A stretch of DNA of 64,000 nucleotides from Burkholderiales bacterium. GTDB lineage: Bacteria; Pseudomonadota; Gammaproteobacteria; Burkholderiales; Burkholderiaceae_F. Position 1 is the first letter of the stretch; each line of letters begins with the position of its first letter. The notes under the pieces were generated by a model that was not told the DNA's origin, did no database searches, and saw only the letters and a list, made by a program, of their open reading frames with translations. Position numbers and translations under genes: made by a program. Below are positions 18,559 through 27,962 of the stretch, piece by piece. The DNA lies in NCBI GenBank assembly GCA_020248865.1, contig JADCGS010000021.1, positions 12,857 to 76,856 of the forward strand, in the 5' to 3' direction.

Positions 18559-19449
18559 ATGCTGCTGCACTTCGACGACGAGGCGGGCTTCGCGGCGCGG
18601 CTGGCGCATGCAGCCGGCCTGCCGGCGTGCCCGATTGCGCGCCATCGATTTCCCGACGGCGAGCTCAAGCTCACGCTGCCGGCGCCGCTGCCGGCGCGCA
18701 CCGTGCTGCTGCGCTCGCTGGCGCAGCCCAACGAGAAGCTGGTCGAGCTGCTGCTGGCGGCCCGCACGGCGCGCGAGCTGGGCGCACGCGAGCTGGTGCT
18801 GGTGGCGCCGTATCTGGCCTACATGCGGCAGGACACCGCCTTCGCGACCGGCGAGGCGGTCAGCCAGCGGATCGTCGGCCGGCTGCTCGCGGATCTGTTC
18901 GACGCGGTGATCACCGTCGACCCGCACCTGCATCGCATCACTCGACTCGACGAGGCCGTGCCGGTGCGGCGCGCCATCGCGCAGTCGGCCGCGCCGCTGC
19001 TGGGCGAACTGATCGGGCGCGAGCGGCCGGGTGCGCTGCTGGTCGGTCCGGATGCGGAGTCGGCGCCGTGGGTCGAGGCAGCCGCCGCGGCGGCCGCGCG
19101 CGTGGCCGGCCGCCCGATGCAGGCCGTGGTCTGCCGCAAGCAGCGCCGCGGCGACCGCGAGGTGCAGATCGAGCTGCCCGCGGTCGCCCTGGACGGCCGT
19201 GCCGCCGTGCTGGTCGACGACATGGCCAGCACCGCCCGCACGCTGGCGCAGGCGGCTCGTGCGCTGCTGGCAGGCGGCGCCACGCAGGTCAGCGTCGCTG
19301 TCACCCACGCGCTGTTCGTGGACGATGCGCTCGTGGCTCTGAGCGCCGCTGGCGTGCGCGAGATCTGGAGTACCGACACCGTGCTGCATCCGAGCAACCG
19401 GATCAGCGTCGCACCCCTGGTTGCCGAGGCCCTGGGCGGGCTGCGCTGA
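18559..19449 (+). CDS. Ribose-phosphate pyrophosphokinase (Prs)-family phosphoribosyltransferase
   Basis: 296 aa. RHRFPDGELKLTL, LVLVAPYLAYMRQD, PRPP-binding loop AAVLVDDMASTARTL. Confidence 0.85.
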   Translation: MLLHFDDEAGFAARLAHAAGLPACPIARHRFPDGELKLTLPAPLPARTVLLRSLAQPNEKLVELLLAARTARELGARELVLVAPYLAYMRQDTAFATGEAVSQRIVGRLLADLFDAVITVDPHLHRITRLDEAVPVRRAIAQSAAPLLGELIGRERPGALLVGPDAESAPWVEAAAAAAARVAGRPMQAVVCRKQRRGDREVQIELPAVALDGRAAVLVDDMASTARTLAQAARALLAGGATQVSVAVTHALFVDDALVALSAAGVREIWSTDTVLHPSNRISVAPLVAEALGGLR

Positions 19450-19502
19450 GAGCGCAGCGGATCCGTGCAGGCAGGGCGCCGCGGGCCGGACGGGGCGGCG
19501 CA

Positions 19503-19540
19503 AGAAAAGAAAAGGGCCTGCGGATCACCGGCAGGCCCCT
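19503..19540 (-). terminator. Rho-independent terminator downstream of the SWIB gene
   Basis: Stem GGGCCTGC / GCAGGCCC (19514-19539). On the minus strand it is followed by TTTTCTTTTCTT. Confidence 0.7.
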
Positions 19541-19573
19541 GGCTAGAACGTCGCGCCGGAAGGCGCGCGATCC

Positions 19574-19972
19574 TTACTTCAGGTGCTTGCTGACGTACTT
19601 GGTCAGCTCGAACATCGACGCCTGGGCCTTGCCGAACAGGGCCTTGAGCTTCTCGTCCGCGTTGATCATGCGCTTGTTGACGGCGTCTTGCAGCTTGTTC
19701 TTCTTGATGTACGCCCAGATCTTGCTGGTGACCTCGGTGCGCGGCATGGGTGCCGCGCCGATGATGGCAGCCAGCGGGCCCTGCGGAGTCAGCGGCTTCA
19801 TGAACGCCGCGTTCGGCTTGCGCGCGACCTTTTTCTTGGCAGCTTTCTTCGGTGCGGCCTTCTTGGCGGCAGCCTTCTTCGGTGCGGCCTTCTTGGCGGC
19901 GGCCTTCTTCGGCGCGGCTTTCTTGGCGGCCTTCTTCGGTGCGGCTTTCTTGGCGACTTTCTTGGTTGCCAT
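19574..19972 (-). CDS. SWIB/MDM2-domain protein with histone-H1-like Lys/Ala repeat N-terminus
   Basis: Start at ATG 19972 (MATKKVAKKAAPKKAAKKAAPKKAAAKK...) with GGAG RBS. C-terminal SWIB-like sequence PLTPQGPLAAIIGAAPMPRTEVTSKIWAYIKKNKLQD..INADEKLKALFG. The DNA shows about four 30-bp tandem units at 19841-19960. Confidence 0.85.
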   Translation of the reverse strand: MATKKVAKKAAPKKAAKKAAPKKAAAKKAAPKKAAAKKAAPKKAAKKKVARKPNAAFMKPLTPQGPLAAIIGAAPMPRTEVTSKIWAYIKKNKLQDAVNKRMINADEKLKALFGKAQASMFELTKYVSKHLK

Positions 19973-20691
19973 TGTCGACTCTCCGGAAGTTGAGGAAGTG
20001 CTGACGATCACAGCGACAGCGTTCTCGAGGGCCTTGCGTTGAAGAGCGCTCTCGTTGCCTCTCGTCGCGCAGCGGATACTAAGAGCGAAACTCGCGTACA
20101 CGCAAGCGTTTTTCAGAGGGAAAACGCACCGTCTTTGCTGCGCATCCGCGGTTTTTCAGAGGGAAAACACGTTCAGCGTTGCCGCCGCATCGTTGCCCTC
20201 GCAGAAAAGTGACCACTACATGTTGATCGGCAGGCCGCCTGGCCGCCTTCATCTTGTACCTATGGTCGGGCGTCCGACGCACCCCTGGCGGCCACGCCGG
20301 CAACTTGCGCATGGCACGGGGCGACGTGCGCCCGCTCGGGCCTGTCGCATTCGCGCTGCAGGCAGCGCTGCCAGAGCACCGGCACGCGGCGGCCGCACGT
20401 CGCCGCACGCCGCGGCCCGCGGCCGCCGCTGCGGCAGCGCCAACCCGGCCGACGCCGCCCCCTGGGCGTCGGCTGCAGAGCAGTCCAGCGCTCGACCTCA
20501 GTGCCGACGCGGACCGCATCGCGCCGGCACGCCCGGCGGGCTTACCCGCCCGCCGCCCGCTCCAGCTCCGCCCAAAGGGAAGCGGTGTCTCCGGCCGGGG
20601 CGCTGCGCGCCCCTTCACCGCCGCTGCGCGGCGATGAGCCTGCGACGCCGCATCGCGCGCGAAGCCTTCCGTGTCCCCGGCTGCGGCCGGC

Positions 20692-23634
20692 TCAGTCGCC
20701 CGCCGCCCGCTCCAGCTCCGCCACCATGCGCGCGATGCGGTCAGCCAGTTTTTCGGTGGTCAGCGCCTCGCGCAGGCGCTCGATCATCAGGGGGAAGGCG
20801 AAGGGGGTGGGGCGGGACAGCTCGTGCAGCACCACCTTCTGCGCACGCATGCCCGCCAGCGCGCTGCGCAGGCGGGCCAGATCCAGTTCCTGCTCCAGCA
20901 CCTCGCGGTCGGCCTGGCCCAGCAGCAGGTTGGACGGGTCGTACTTTCGCAGCACCTCGTAGATCAGGCTGGAGGAGGCCTGCAGCTGCCGCGCCGACTT
21001 GGGCTGGCCCGGAAAGCCGGTGAAAACGAGCCCGGCCACCCGGGCAATCTCGCGGAACCGGCGGCCGGCGAGCTCGCCGGCGTTCAGGCTGGCCAGCACG
21101 TGCTCGAGCAGATCGTCCTCGGCCAGCAGCGGGCTGCCCGGCCGAAACTGCGGCAGCCACGCGATGTCGGCGCTCGCCAGCAGCTCGAAACCGTAGTCGT
21201 TGACCGCGATCGAGAAGGTGGCCGGCTGCGTGCGGCCGGCGCGCCAGGCGATCAGCGAGGCGATGCCCAGGTGCGCCAGCCGGCCGGCAAAGGGGTAGAC
21301 GAACAGGTGCCGCCCCTCGCGCGAGCGCATCGTCTCGACCACCAGCCGCGCGCGCGTGGGCACGCTGGACCAGCGCTTCTGGATGGCCAGCAGCGGCAGC
21401 ACCCGTTGCATCTCCGGCGCCAGTTGCGCCGGCGCGGCCGCGCCGGCGAGCGCCTCTTCCAGCTCGCGCAGAACCGCGTCGGCCATCTCGACCGACAGCG
21501 GCAGCTTGGTGCCCATCCAGCGCGGCACCGCGCCCGAGCGGCTGCGCGCCGGCTGCACGACGGCGGTCATGTCCTGCACCCGCACCAGTTCCAGCACCTT
21601 GCCGCCGAAGGTGAACACATCGCCCTTGCGCAAGCGGGCGATGAAGCCCTCCTCGACAGTGCCGAGCGTGCCGCCGCTGGCGTACTTCACGACCATGGCG
21701 GCCTCGGACACGATGGTGCCGACCGACATCTTGTGGCGGCGCGCGATCTGGGCGTCGGGCACGCGCCAGATGCCCTCCCCGTCCTGGCGGATGCGGTGGT
21801 ACTCGGGGTAGGCGCGCAGGGACTCGCCGCCGCGGCCGGCGAAGTCGAGCACCCACTGCCACTCGGCGTCGGTCAGCCCGGCGTAGCTGGCGGTGTCGCG
21901 CACCTCGGCCAGCAGTTCATCCTCGCGAAAGCCGGTGCCCAGCGCCACGCTGACCACGTGCTGCACCAGCACGTCCAGCGGCTTGCGCGGCGCGTTGCGC
22001 GACTCCACCGCGCGGGCCGCGGCGGCCTTCTGCGCCGCGGCGGCCTCCACCAGCTCGAGCGCATGGGTGGGCACCAGGGTCACGCGCGAAGCGCGGCCCG
22101 GCGCATGGCCGCTGCGACCGGCCCGCTGCAGCAGCCGCGCCACGCCCTTGGGCGAACCGACCTGCAGCACCCGCTCCACCGGCAGGAAGTCCACACCGAG
22201 GTCGAGGCTGCTGGTGGCCACCACCGCCTTCAGCGTGCCGGCCTTCAGCCCCGCCTCGACCCACTCGCGCACCGCCTTGTCGAGCGAACCGTGGTGCAGG
22301 GCGATCAGCCCGGCCCACGCCGGCCGCGCCTCGAGCAGCGCCTGGTACCAGATCTCGGCCTGCGAGCGCACATTGGTGAAGACGATGGCCGACGCGCCCT
22401 TGGGCAGCGATTCGATCTCGCGCACCACCGGCGCCACCATCTGGATGCCCAGGTGCCCGCCCCAGGGAAAGCGGCCGGTATCCGCGGGCAGCAGGGTGTC
22501 GATGACGATGCGCTTGTCGATCCGGCCCTCGATCAGCGCACCGGCGCGACCGGCCAGCAGCACGTGCATGGCGTCGGCCAGGTTGCCGAGGGTGGCGCTC
22601 AGGCCCCAGACGCGCAGGGGTGCGGGATGGCTGCTCGATTCCCTCTCCCCGCTCACGGGGAGAGGGTCAGGGTGAGGGGCGCCCTGCCCGCTCGCTGCAC
22701 GTTCGCCGGAAGCCGAAGACCTCCCCTCACCCCAACCCTCTCCCCGTGATCGGGGAGAGGGCGCGCTCAGTGCCCCCTCTCCCCGTGATCGGGGAGAGGG
22801 GGCACTGAGCGCGCCGCCTTGCGCCGTTGCAACTGCCTCGTCCCAGTTGTATTCCCGTGAGCGGGGAGAGGGAGCACTGAGTGCGCCGCTTTGTGCCGTA
22901 TCGGCTGCCTCACCCCCGCCCTCTGCCGATGAACCGGCAGAGGGAGAAAACCGGCGCCGCGCCAGCGCGCGCAGCCGCGCCAGCGCCAGTTGCACCTGCA
23001 CCCCGCGCTTGTTGCCGATGAGTTCGTGCCACTCGTCCACCACCACCAGCGCCAGTCCGGCGGCCAGTTCGGCGCTGTCGGCGCGGGTCAGCAGCAGCGA
23101 CAGGCTCTCGGGCGTGGTGACCAGCACCTCGGGCAGGCGGCGGCCCTGGCGCGCGCGCTCGGCGCTGTCGGTGTCACCGGTGCGCACGCCGACCTGCCAG
23201 TCGAGGCCCAGTTGCGCCAGCGGTACAGCGAGCGCGCGCGCGGTGTCGGCCGACAGCGCGCGCATCGGCGTGACCCACAGCAGGCGCAGCCCGCCGCCCC
23301 GCACGCGGCCGGCCAACGCCTCGTTGAGCAGCGCCAGGTACACCGCGTAGGTCTTGCCCGCGCCGGTGGTCGCGTGCAGCAGGCCGCTGCGCCCGGCGGC
23401 CACCGCGTCCCACACCTGGCGCTGGAACTCGAAGGGCCGCTGGCCCTGTGCGGCAAACCAGCCCTCGGCGCTGGGCAGCGCGAGCTGGCGGCCGCGGTCG
23501 CGCGTGGCTGCCGCGGCGACGGCCTGCTGGGCCGCCTGCTGCTGCACGCGCTCGGCCCGCGCCTGGGCCGCGCGGCGGGCGCGCAACTGGGTGCCGACAT
23601 TGGGGCCCGGGGGCAGGCGGCGCGACTCAGCCAT
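20692..23634 (-). CDS. lhr: Lhr-type DEXH-box helicase (ligase-associated DNA damage response helicase) carrying an in-frame repeat insertion
   Basis: 980 aa. Motif [14 protein letters not shown], motif [11 protein letters not shown], motif [11 protein letters not shown], motif [11 protein letters not shown]. Long Lhr-like C-terminal region. Confidence 0.9.
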   Translation of the reverse strand: MAESRRLPPGPNVGTQLRARRAAQARAERVQQQAAQQAVAAAATRDRGRQLALPSAEGWFAAQGQRPFEFQRQVWDAVAAGRSGLLHATTGAGKTYAVYLALLNEALAGRVRGGGLRLLWVTPMRALSADTARALAVPLAQLGLDWQVGVRTGDTDSAERARQGRRLPEVLVTTPESLSLLLTRADSAELAAGLALVVVDEWHELIGNKRGVQVQLALARLRALARRRFSPSAGSSAEGGGEAADTAQSGALSAPSPRSREYNWDEAVATAQGGALSAPSPRSRGEGALSAPSPRSRGEGWGEGRSSASGERAASGQGAPHPDPLPVSGERESSSHPAPLRVWGLSATLGNLADAMHVLLAGRAGALIEGRIDKRIVIDTLLPADTGRFPWGGHLGIQMVAPVVREIESLPKGASAIVFTNVRSQAEIWYQALLEARPAWAGLIALHHGSLDKAVREWVEAGLKAGTLKAVVATSSLDLGVDFLPVERVLQVGSPKGVARLLQRAGRSGHAPGRASRVTLVPTHALELVEAAAAQKAAAARAVESRNAPRKPLDVLVQHVVSVALGTGFREDELLAEVRDTASYAGLTDAEWQWVLDFAGRGGESLRAYPEYHRIRQDGEGIWRVPDAQIARRHKMSVGTIVSEAAMVVKYASGGTLGTVEEGFIARLRKGDVFTFGGKVLELVRVQDMTAVVQPARSRSGAVPRWMGTKLPLSVEMADAVLRELEEALAGAAAPAQLAPEMQRVLPLLAIQKRWSSVPTRARLVVETMRSREGRHLFVYPFAGRLAHLGIASLIAWRAGRTQPATFSIAVNDYGFELLASADIAWLPQFRPGSPLLAEDDLLEHVLASLNAGELAGRRFREIARVAGLVFTGFPGQPKSARQLQASSSLIYEVLRKYDPSNLLLGQADREVLEQELDLARLRSALAGMRAQKVVLHELSRPTPFAFPLMIERLREALTTEKLADRIARMVAELERAAGD
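22641..22944. repeat. Cluster of five REP-type hairpins (CCCTCTCCCCG-N4-CGGGGAGAGGG family) inside the helicase ORF
   Basis: Hairpins at 22641-22666, 22736-22761, 22775-22800 (extended to a 54-bp palindrome at 22761-22814) and 22919-22944, plus a truncated copy near 22853-22896. Confidence 0.9.
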
Positions 23635-23672
23635 CGGAGGTCGTTCGTGGATCGGCCATGGCCGCGCACACT

Positions 23673-23743
23673 ATCGCAAGCTCAACGTCGCAAGCTCAAC
23701 GTCGCAAGCCCACCGCGGTCGGCGCGGGCCGCGCCGACCGCGG
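23673..23743. repeat. 14-bp tandem repeat (TCGCAAGCTCAACG x2.5) followed by a perfect 14-bp-arm palindrome
   Basis: tcgcaagctcaacg tcgcaagctcaacg tcgcaagccca. Then CCGCGGTCGGCGCG-ggc-CGCGCCGACCGCGG at 23713-23743. Confidence 0.9.
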
Positions 23744-23843
23744 CGGTTACCACCGGCAACAGTCGTTACCGCGCCGCAAGCCCTGCGGCCGCGTAGAGCG
23801 GGCACAGTGCGATCCCGTTCATCGTGTATTGAAGGATTCCCTC

Positions 23844-24134
23844 ATGCTTCGCCTGCTTACCCCGATCACCGTGACCATTGTCCTGGCCTGCGCCGGCGTC
23901 TCGCCCGCCGCCCACGCTGCCGACGCGCCCGCCGCCAAGGCCGACCGCAAGAAGGCCGACCGCGACGGCGACGGCCGCATCTCGCGCGAGGAGGCCCGCG
24001 CCTTTCCGCGGCTGGACAAGAACTTCGACCGGATCGACACCAACAAGGACGGCTCGCTGTCGCAGGAAGAACTGGCCTCCGCCCGCCAGAAGGCGGCCGA
24101 GAGGAAGAAGAATCCGAACGCGCCGGCAGGCTGA
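23844..24134 (+). CDS. Secreted EF-hand calcium-binding protein
   Basis: Start at ATG 23844 (MLRLLTPITVTIVLACAGVSPAAHA, signal peptide). Two EF-hand loops: DRDGDGRISREE and DTNKDGSLSQEE. Confidence 0.8.
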   Translation: MLRLLTPITVTIVLACAGVSPAAHAADAPAAKADRKKADRDGDGRISREEARAFPRLDKNFDRIDTNKDGSLSQEELASARQKAAERKKNPNAPAG

Positions 24135-24565
24135 TACGGGCCGACGCCGGAACGGATTCGCGGCCGGCGACCACCCTGGTGCAGCGCCGTAGTCGTCGAT
24201 GCGGCGATGTTCCGGCGTACCTCCGGTCAGAGGCCGCAACTCAGGCGCTTGAGCGTCAGGCGCCGTTCGTCGCGGCGCTGTCCTTGGGCGGCCACACGCA
24301 CGAAGGCCATGTCCACCGCCGAGATGCCGCTGACGGTCGCAGCGGCGCAAGAATTTCTACCGGCCCGGAATCGCATCCGCTCGGATGCAACGCCAAAGCG
24401 ACGACCCGGTTGCCCGAATTGCTCCCGGGGGAGTTGCGGAGCAGACCCGACGCGGCGTTCACACCCGGCGTCGCCCAGGCCCGCCGCGGTCAGGTGGAGC
24501 GTGACGCCGCGAAGAGGTACCGATGCGATCCGGCCCCGGCGGCAGCGCCCGGAGGGCGCCGCGCT

Positions 24566-24970
24566 TCACTTTGCTGGCTCGCCGCGGGCGGCGCGTGCCG
24601 CCGGGACACAGGACGTGCACCGCCCGTACAGCGTGAGGTCGTGATCCTCCACGACGAAGCCTTTCGGCGCCAGGCGGGACAGGTTGCCCGGGCAACCATG
24701 CACGTCGAACACGCGTTGGCACTGCCGGCACTGAAAGTGGTGATGGTGCTTGTGCCCCACGAGTTCGAAACGCGGGTTCTCGCCGGGAAGGTGCACGGCC
24801 TGCAGTTCGCCTTCCTCCACCAGCGCCTTCAGGTTCCGATAGACGGTGGCGATGCCCAGGCCCGGGACTTCCTGTTGCGCGGCGTCGAGCACCTCCTGAG
24901 GCAGCAGAGGCCGGTTGGCCTGCGCGATGGCCGCACGGATCGCGCTGCGTTGGCGGGTGTTTCGCTCCAT
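24566..24970 (-). CDS. Fur-family metalloregulator
   Basis: MERNTRQRSAIRAAI.. winged helix (GIATVYRNLKALVEEGEL). Metal sites HKHHHHFQCRQC ... CTSC. ATG 24970 preferred over TTG 24976. Confidence 0.85.
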   Translation of the reverse strand: MERNTRQRSAIRAAIAQANRPLLPQEVLDAAQQEVPGLGIATVYRNLKALVEEGELQAVHLPGENPRFELVGHKHHHHFQCRQCQRVFDVHGCPGNLSRLAPKGFVVEDHDLTLYGRCTSCVPAARAARGEPAK

Positions 24971-25242
24971 GCGCAAAGCCTCGTGTGGACGTCGAAGATC
25001 AGCGTTGCCCGACCGCCGGAGCGGCTTGCCTCAAGAACCCCTTCAGATCATAACGAGGCATCAACCCGCACCTGCCGCCCGCGTCGACCCGCCCGAACAC
25101 GCTGGTCGGAGTCGGCTCGACCACGGTTGCGGACCCCGATGGCGCCGCGCCAGATCCATCATCGGGCACTGCCACCATGACGCGGCCGCGGCCGTGCATC
25201 GCGGCGACCGCAACCGCACCGACATAGGCGTCCGGCGTCCCG

Positions 25243-26529
25243 TCAGTCGGTTGCGGCACCGGCGGTGAACCGGGGCATGGCCTCGAATTGGGCGGGATCG
25301 AAGCGCTCGTTGCGGAACAGCCTTGGGTAGTAGAACTGGCGCAGTTCAGCGTGAAACGCGCGCACCCGCGCTTCGTAAGCCAGCGCTGCTCGCAAGTCCG
25401 TCCGGGCCAGACTCTGAAGAGAACGTTCCAGCAGGATCGGCGGCACGATGACAGCGAGCCAACCGGCCAGCCGGTCCCGTTCCAGGCGGCCCGCGGTAAA
25501 CGCTTCCGACAGTGCCTGGGCCTTCTGGTCGCCCACCTGTTGAAATGCGAAGTACCACTTCCATTCAAAGGGGCGATCGACGGCTGCGTAGTCGGCCCAC
25601 TGCGGGTGACGCTCGATGAAGGCATCCATGGTCGCCTGCTTCGGCAAGTCCCAGGCGTCGTTGACTGCCTCGCGCTGGGTCAGCAGGATGTCCGCGCCCG
25701 ACGGCACCGGCACGAGGCGGTCGATCGCCGTACGACCGGCAACCGGAACGACCACCGCCAGCAGCATCCACAGGGCCACCAGGGACGCCAGGATCGCTTC
25801 TCCCGACTGCTGCCATGCCGCCAGGCAGGCGCAGACGATCGTCCAGAACAGCACATGCAGGAGCAGCAAGGCGCATGCAGCCAGCAGTGTCGGTGCGGCG
25901 GTACCGTGCATGGCGCCAGCGACGAGCAAGGGCGCTGTTGCACAGGCGAAGACACCGCCCGCGCGCAAGCCGGCGCGCACCCGCCAGAGCGTTGCGGGTT
26001 TCCCGGCCGTTGCCACCAGCAGGTCATGTCGACCCGCCGCGCGCTCACTGGCGCGCAGGTCGTGCAGCATGACGATCAGGACCAGGGGAAGCACAAAGGC
26101 CGCCAGGAACGCGAAGTCAAAGCGCCCGACCAAGGCCAGGGCCGGATGACCCGCATCGCGCTCATGGATCTGCCCCTCCAGCGCCAGCATGCGAACGCGG
26201 TGCATCCATGCGGTGTCGTCACGCCGCCCCATGGCCGCGAACGCGAAGTCCGACGGCGGCTCGAAGGTCAGGTGAAAGCCATGGTAGGCAGCGCTGCCCC
26301 AGTCCTTCTGCGACTTGAGCACGGCCATGCGGTCGGCCTGGTCGGCCTCGACGAGTCGCGCGAGCATTGCCTTCTGCTGGCGGACCTCGGCCAGCCCGGC
26401 CGAAGCGGCCAGCGCAGCCAGGCACAGCACGACCAGCCACCCGATCCACACCGACCGGTCGCGAACCAGCAGGCCCGCCTCGCGGCGCACCGCCGACCCC
26501 AGCCGGCCGGGACGCGGGTTCTCCTTCAA
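25243..26529 (-). CDS. DUF3526-type ABC-2 transporter permease (second of two)
   Basis: Multi-TM protein similar in layout to the upstream permease. Possible starts are TTG 26529 (overlapping the upstream stop) or GTG 26490; the start is uncertain. Confidence 0.7.
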   Translation of the reverse strand: MKENPRPGRLGSAVRREAGLLVRDRSVWIGWLVVLCLAALAASAGLAEVRQQKAMLARLVEADQADRMAVLKSQKDWGSAAYHGFHLTFEPPSDFAFAAMGRRDDTAWMHRVRMLALEGQIHERDAGHPALALVGRFDFAFLAAFVLPLVLIVMLHDLRASERAAGRHDLLVATAGKPATLWRVRAGLRAGGVFACATAPLLVAGAMHGTAAPTLLAACALLLLHVLFWTIVCACLAAWQQSGEAILASLVALWMLLAVVVPVAGRTAIDRLVPVPSGADILLTQREAVNDAWDLPKQATMDAFIERHPQWADYAAVDRPFEWKWYFAFQQVGDQKAQALSEAFTAGRLERDRLAGWLAVIVPPILLERSLQSLARTDLRAALAYEARVRAFHAELRQFYYPRLFRNERFDPAQFEAMPRFTAGAATD

Positions 26530-27962
26530 GCCTGCAGCCTCCGGCCTGCCCAGACGCCGCCGCCGAGCAGGACCAAGAACCACGCGCCCAGCATCAGCCA
26601 CTGGTGCCCGGCGCGGGCGATGCGGCGGACTGCCGCATCGGGCTCGAAGCGAAAGCGCTCGAGCAGTTGCCAGTTTGCAGCGGCGACTCGCGTGCGCCGT
26701 TCCGCCTGCGCGTCGCTGCTGCGCCGGATGTCGTCGCTGTAGGCCAACTGCTCGGCGTGCACCCGGTTCAGGCCCTGCACGAAGGCGTAGCGCAACGCCT
26801 CGGCCTCGCGCAAGAAGCGGTGGTGGTGAGCCAGATCGGTTCCGGTCAGCGCGCGCGATGCATCGGCCACCGCAAGCACGGGCGTCAGCCAGCCATGGCG
26901 CTCCTGAATGGCGGCCTGCCGGACCTGCGTCGACAGGCGGCGATCTGCATAGCGGTTCAGCATCTCGGTGAGGCGCTGCTCGGAAAACTGAGCCACGACA
27001 CCTCGCAGATTGACCGGCAGATCCTCCACGCGCTGGACGCCGTGCCGGGCCAGCAAGTCGGCCCGCAGCTGGGCAAAGGCAGGGTCGTTGGCATTGTGGC
27101 CGTCGCCCAGCTTGCGCAGATCGGACAGCATGGCCAGATCCGTCTCCAGCTTGCCGGCCTGCGGCGCAATGCGCGTCGCCGCGCTGGTCGCCACCGACGG
27201 CAGCACCAGCGTGAGCGCAATCCACAGCGTCACCAGCGTCGCCAGGACACTCGACCGGCGCTTGAGCAGGGCCGACACCAGCAGGGCAAGGGCGCCCCAG
27301 ATCGCCAGGTACAGCAGGTAGGCCGACAGCAGGGCCCATGCCGCCAGCGCCGCTTCGCCGGCGCTGAGCGCCAGTCCGAGGCTGAGCGCCATCGGCAGCA
27401 GCAGGACCACCACCGCGGTCAGCAGCGCCAATGCCTTGCCTGCCATCAGCAGCGGGCCGGAGGTGCCCTGCGCCAGCAGGCTCGCCAGCGTGCCGGACTC
27501 GCGTTCCCGTGCAAACAAACCATGCCCGAGCAGGATGAGCAGGAGCGGCGCGAACCATTGGTAGACCATCGCCGGGCTCAGCCCGCTGAAGCCGCCGAGG
27601 TCTGCACTGGCGCCGGCCGCGGCCAACATGTCGGTGTTCTGGCGGTGGCCTTCCAGAAAGATCGACTGGCCCGTGACCGGGTCCAGACCCGGGTCGAACA
27701 GCGCCAGTGGCGCCGGAGTCCGGAACACGTAGTGACCGTAGTGCACCATGCGGTGCGGGTGGCGGTCGGGCTGGGCCAGGAAAGCTGCCTCGGCCTCGGC
27801 CTGGCGATGGTTCCGCTCCGCCCGTTCAGCCTGCATCCGCAGCGTGGTGAGCACGGTGGCGGCGACCAGCAGCAAGATCAGCAGCAGCGCGCCGCCCAGT
27901 GCCTGCCGCGACCGCAGCCAGTAGCACCATTCGGCACGAACGATGACGAGCAGACGGTTCAC
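26526..27962 (-). CDS. DUF3526-type ABC-2 transporter permease (first of two)
   Basis: 478 aa. MNRLLVIVRAEWCYWLRSRQALGGALLLILLLV.. N-terminal TM, large loop (HPHRMVHYGHYVFRTPAPLALFDPG), C-terminal TM bundle. ATG overlaps the ATPase stop. Confidence 0.8.
   Translation of the reverse strand: MNRLLVIVRAEWCYWLRSRQALGGALLLILLLVAATVLTTLRMQAERAERNHRQAEAEAAFLAQPDRHPHRMVHYGHYVFRTPAPLALFDPGLDPVTGQSIFLEGHRQNTDMLAAAGASADLGGFSGLSPAMVYQWFAPLLLILLGHGLFARERESGTLASLLAQGTSGPLLMAGKALALLTAVVVLLLPMALSLGLALSAGEAALAAWALLSAYLLYLAIWGALALLVSALLKRRSSVLATLVTLWIALTLVLPSVATSAATRIAPQAGKLETDLAMLSDLRKLGDGHNANDPAFAQLRADLLARHGVQRVEDLPVNLRGVVAQFSEQRLTEMLNRYADRRLSTQVRQAAIQERHGWLTPVLAVADASRALTGTDLAHHHRFLREAEALRYAFVQGLNRVHAEQLAYSDDIRRSSDAQAERRTRVAAANWQLLERFRFEPDAAVRRIARAGHQWLMLGAWFLVLLGGGVWAGRRLQA

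Noticed and set aside
19841-19960. 30-bp tandem repeats as an independent non-coding repeat element.
   Set aside because: They are simply the coding repeats for the AKKAAPKKAA tail of the SWIB protein.
20079-20690. Search for a pdeM (metallophosphoesterase) gene or remnant downstream of the helicase.
   Set aside because: None of the six frames shows metallophosphoesterase motifs (D-x-H, GD, GNH-E). Only shadow-like ORFs and the 26-nt relic of the helicase end are present.
24227-24400. Minus-strand frame reading ..TVSGISAVDMAFVRVAAQGQRRDERRLTLKRLSCGL-stop, a possible C-terminal relic of a lost gene between the EF-hand and Fur genes.
   Set aside because: It is too short, has no start context, and I recognise no family. 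It cannot be supported without a database search.
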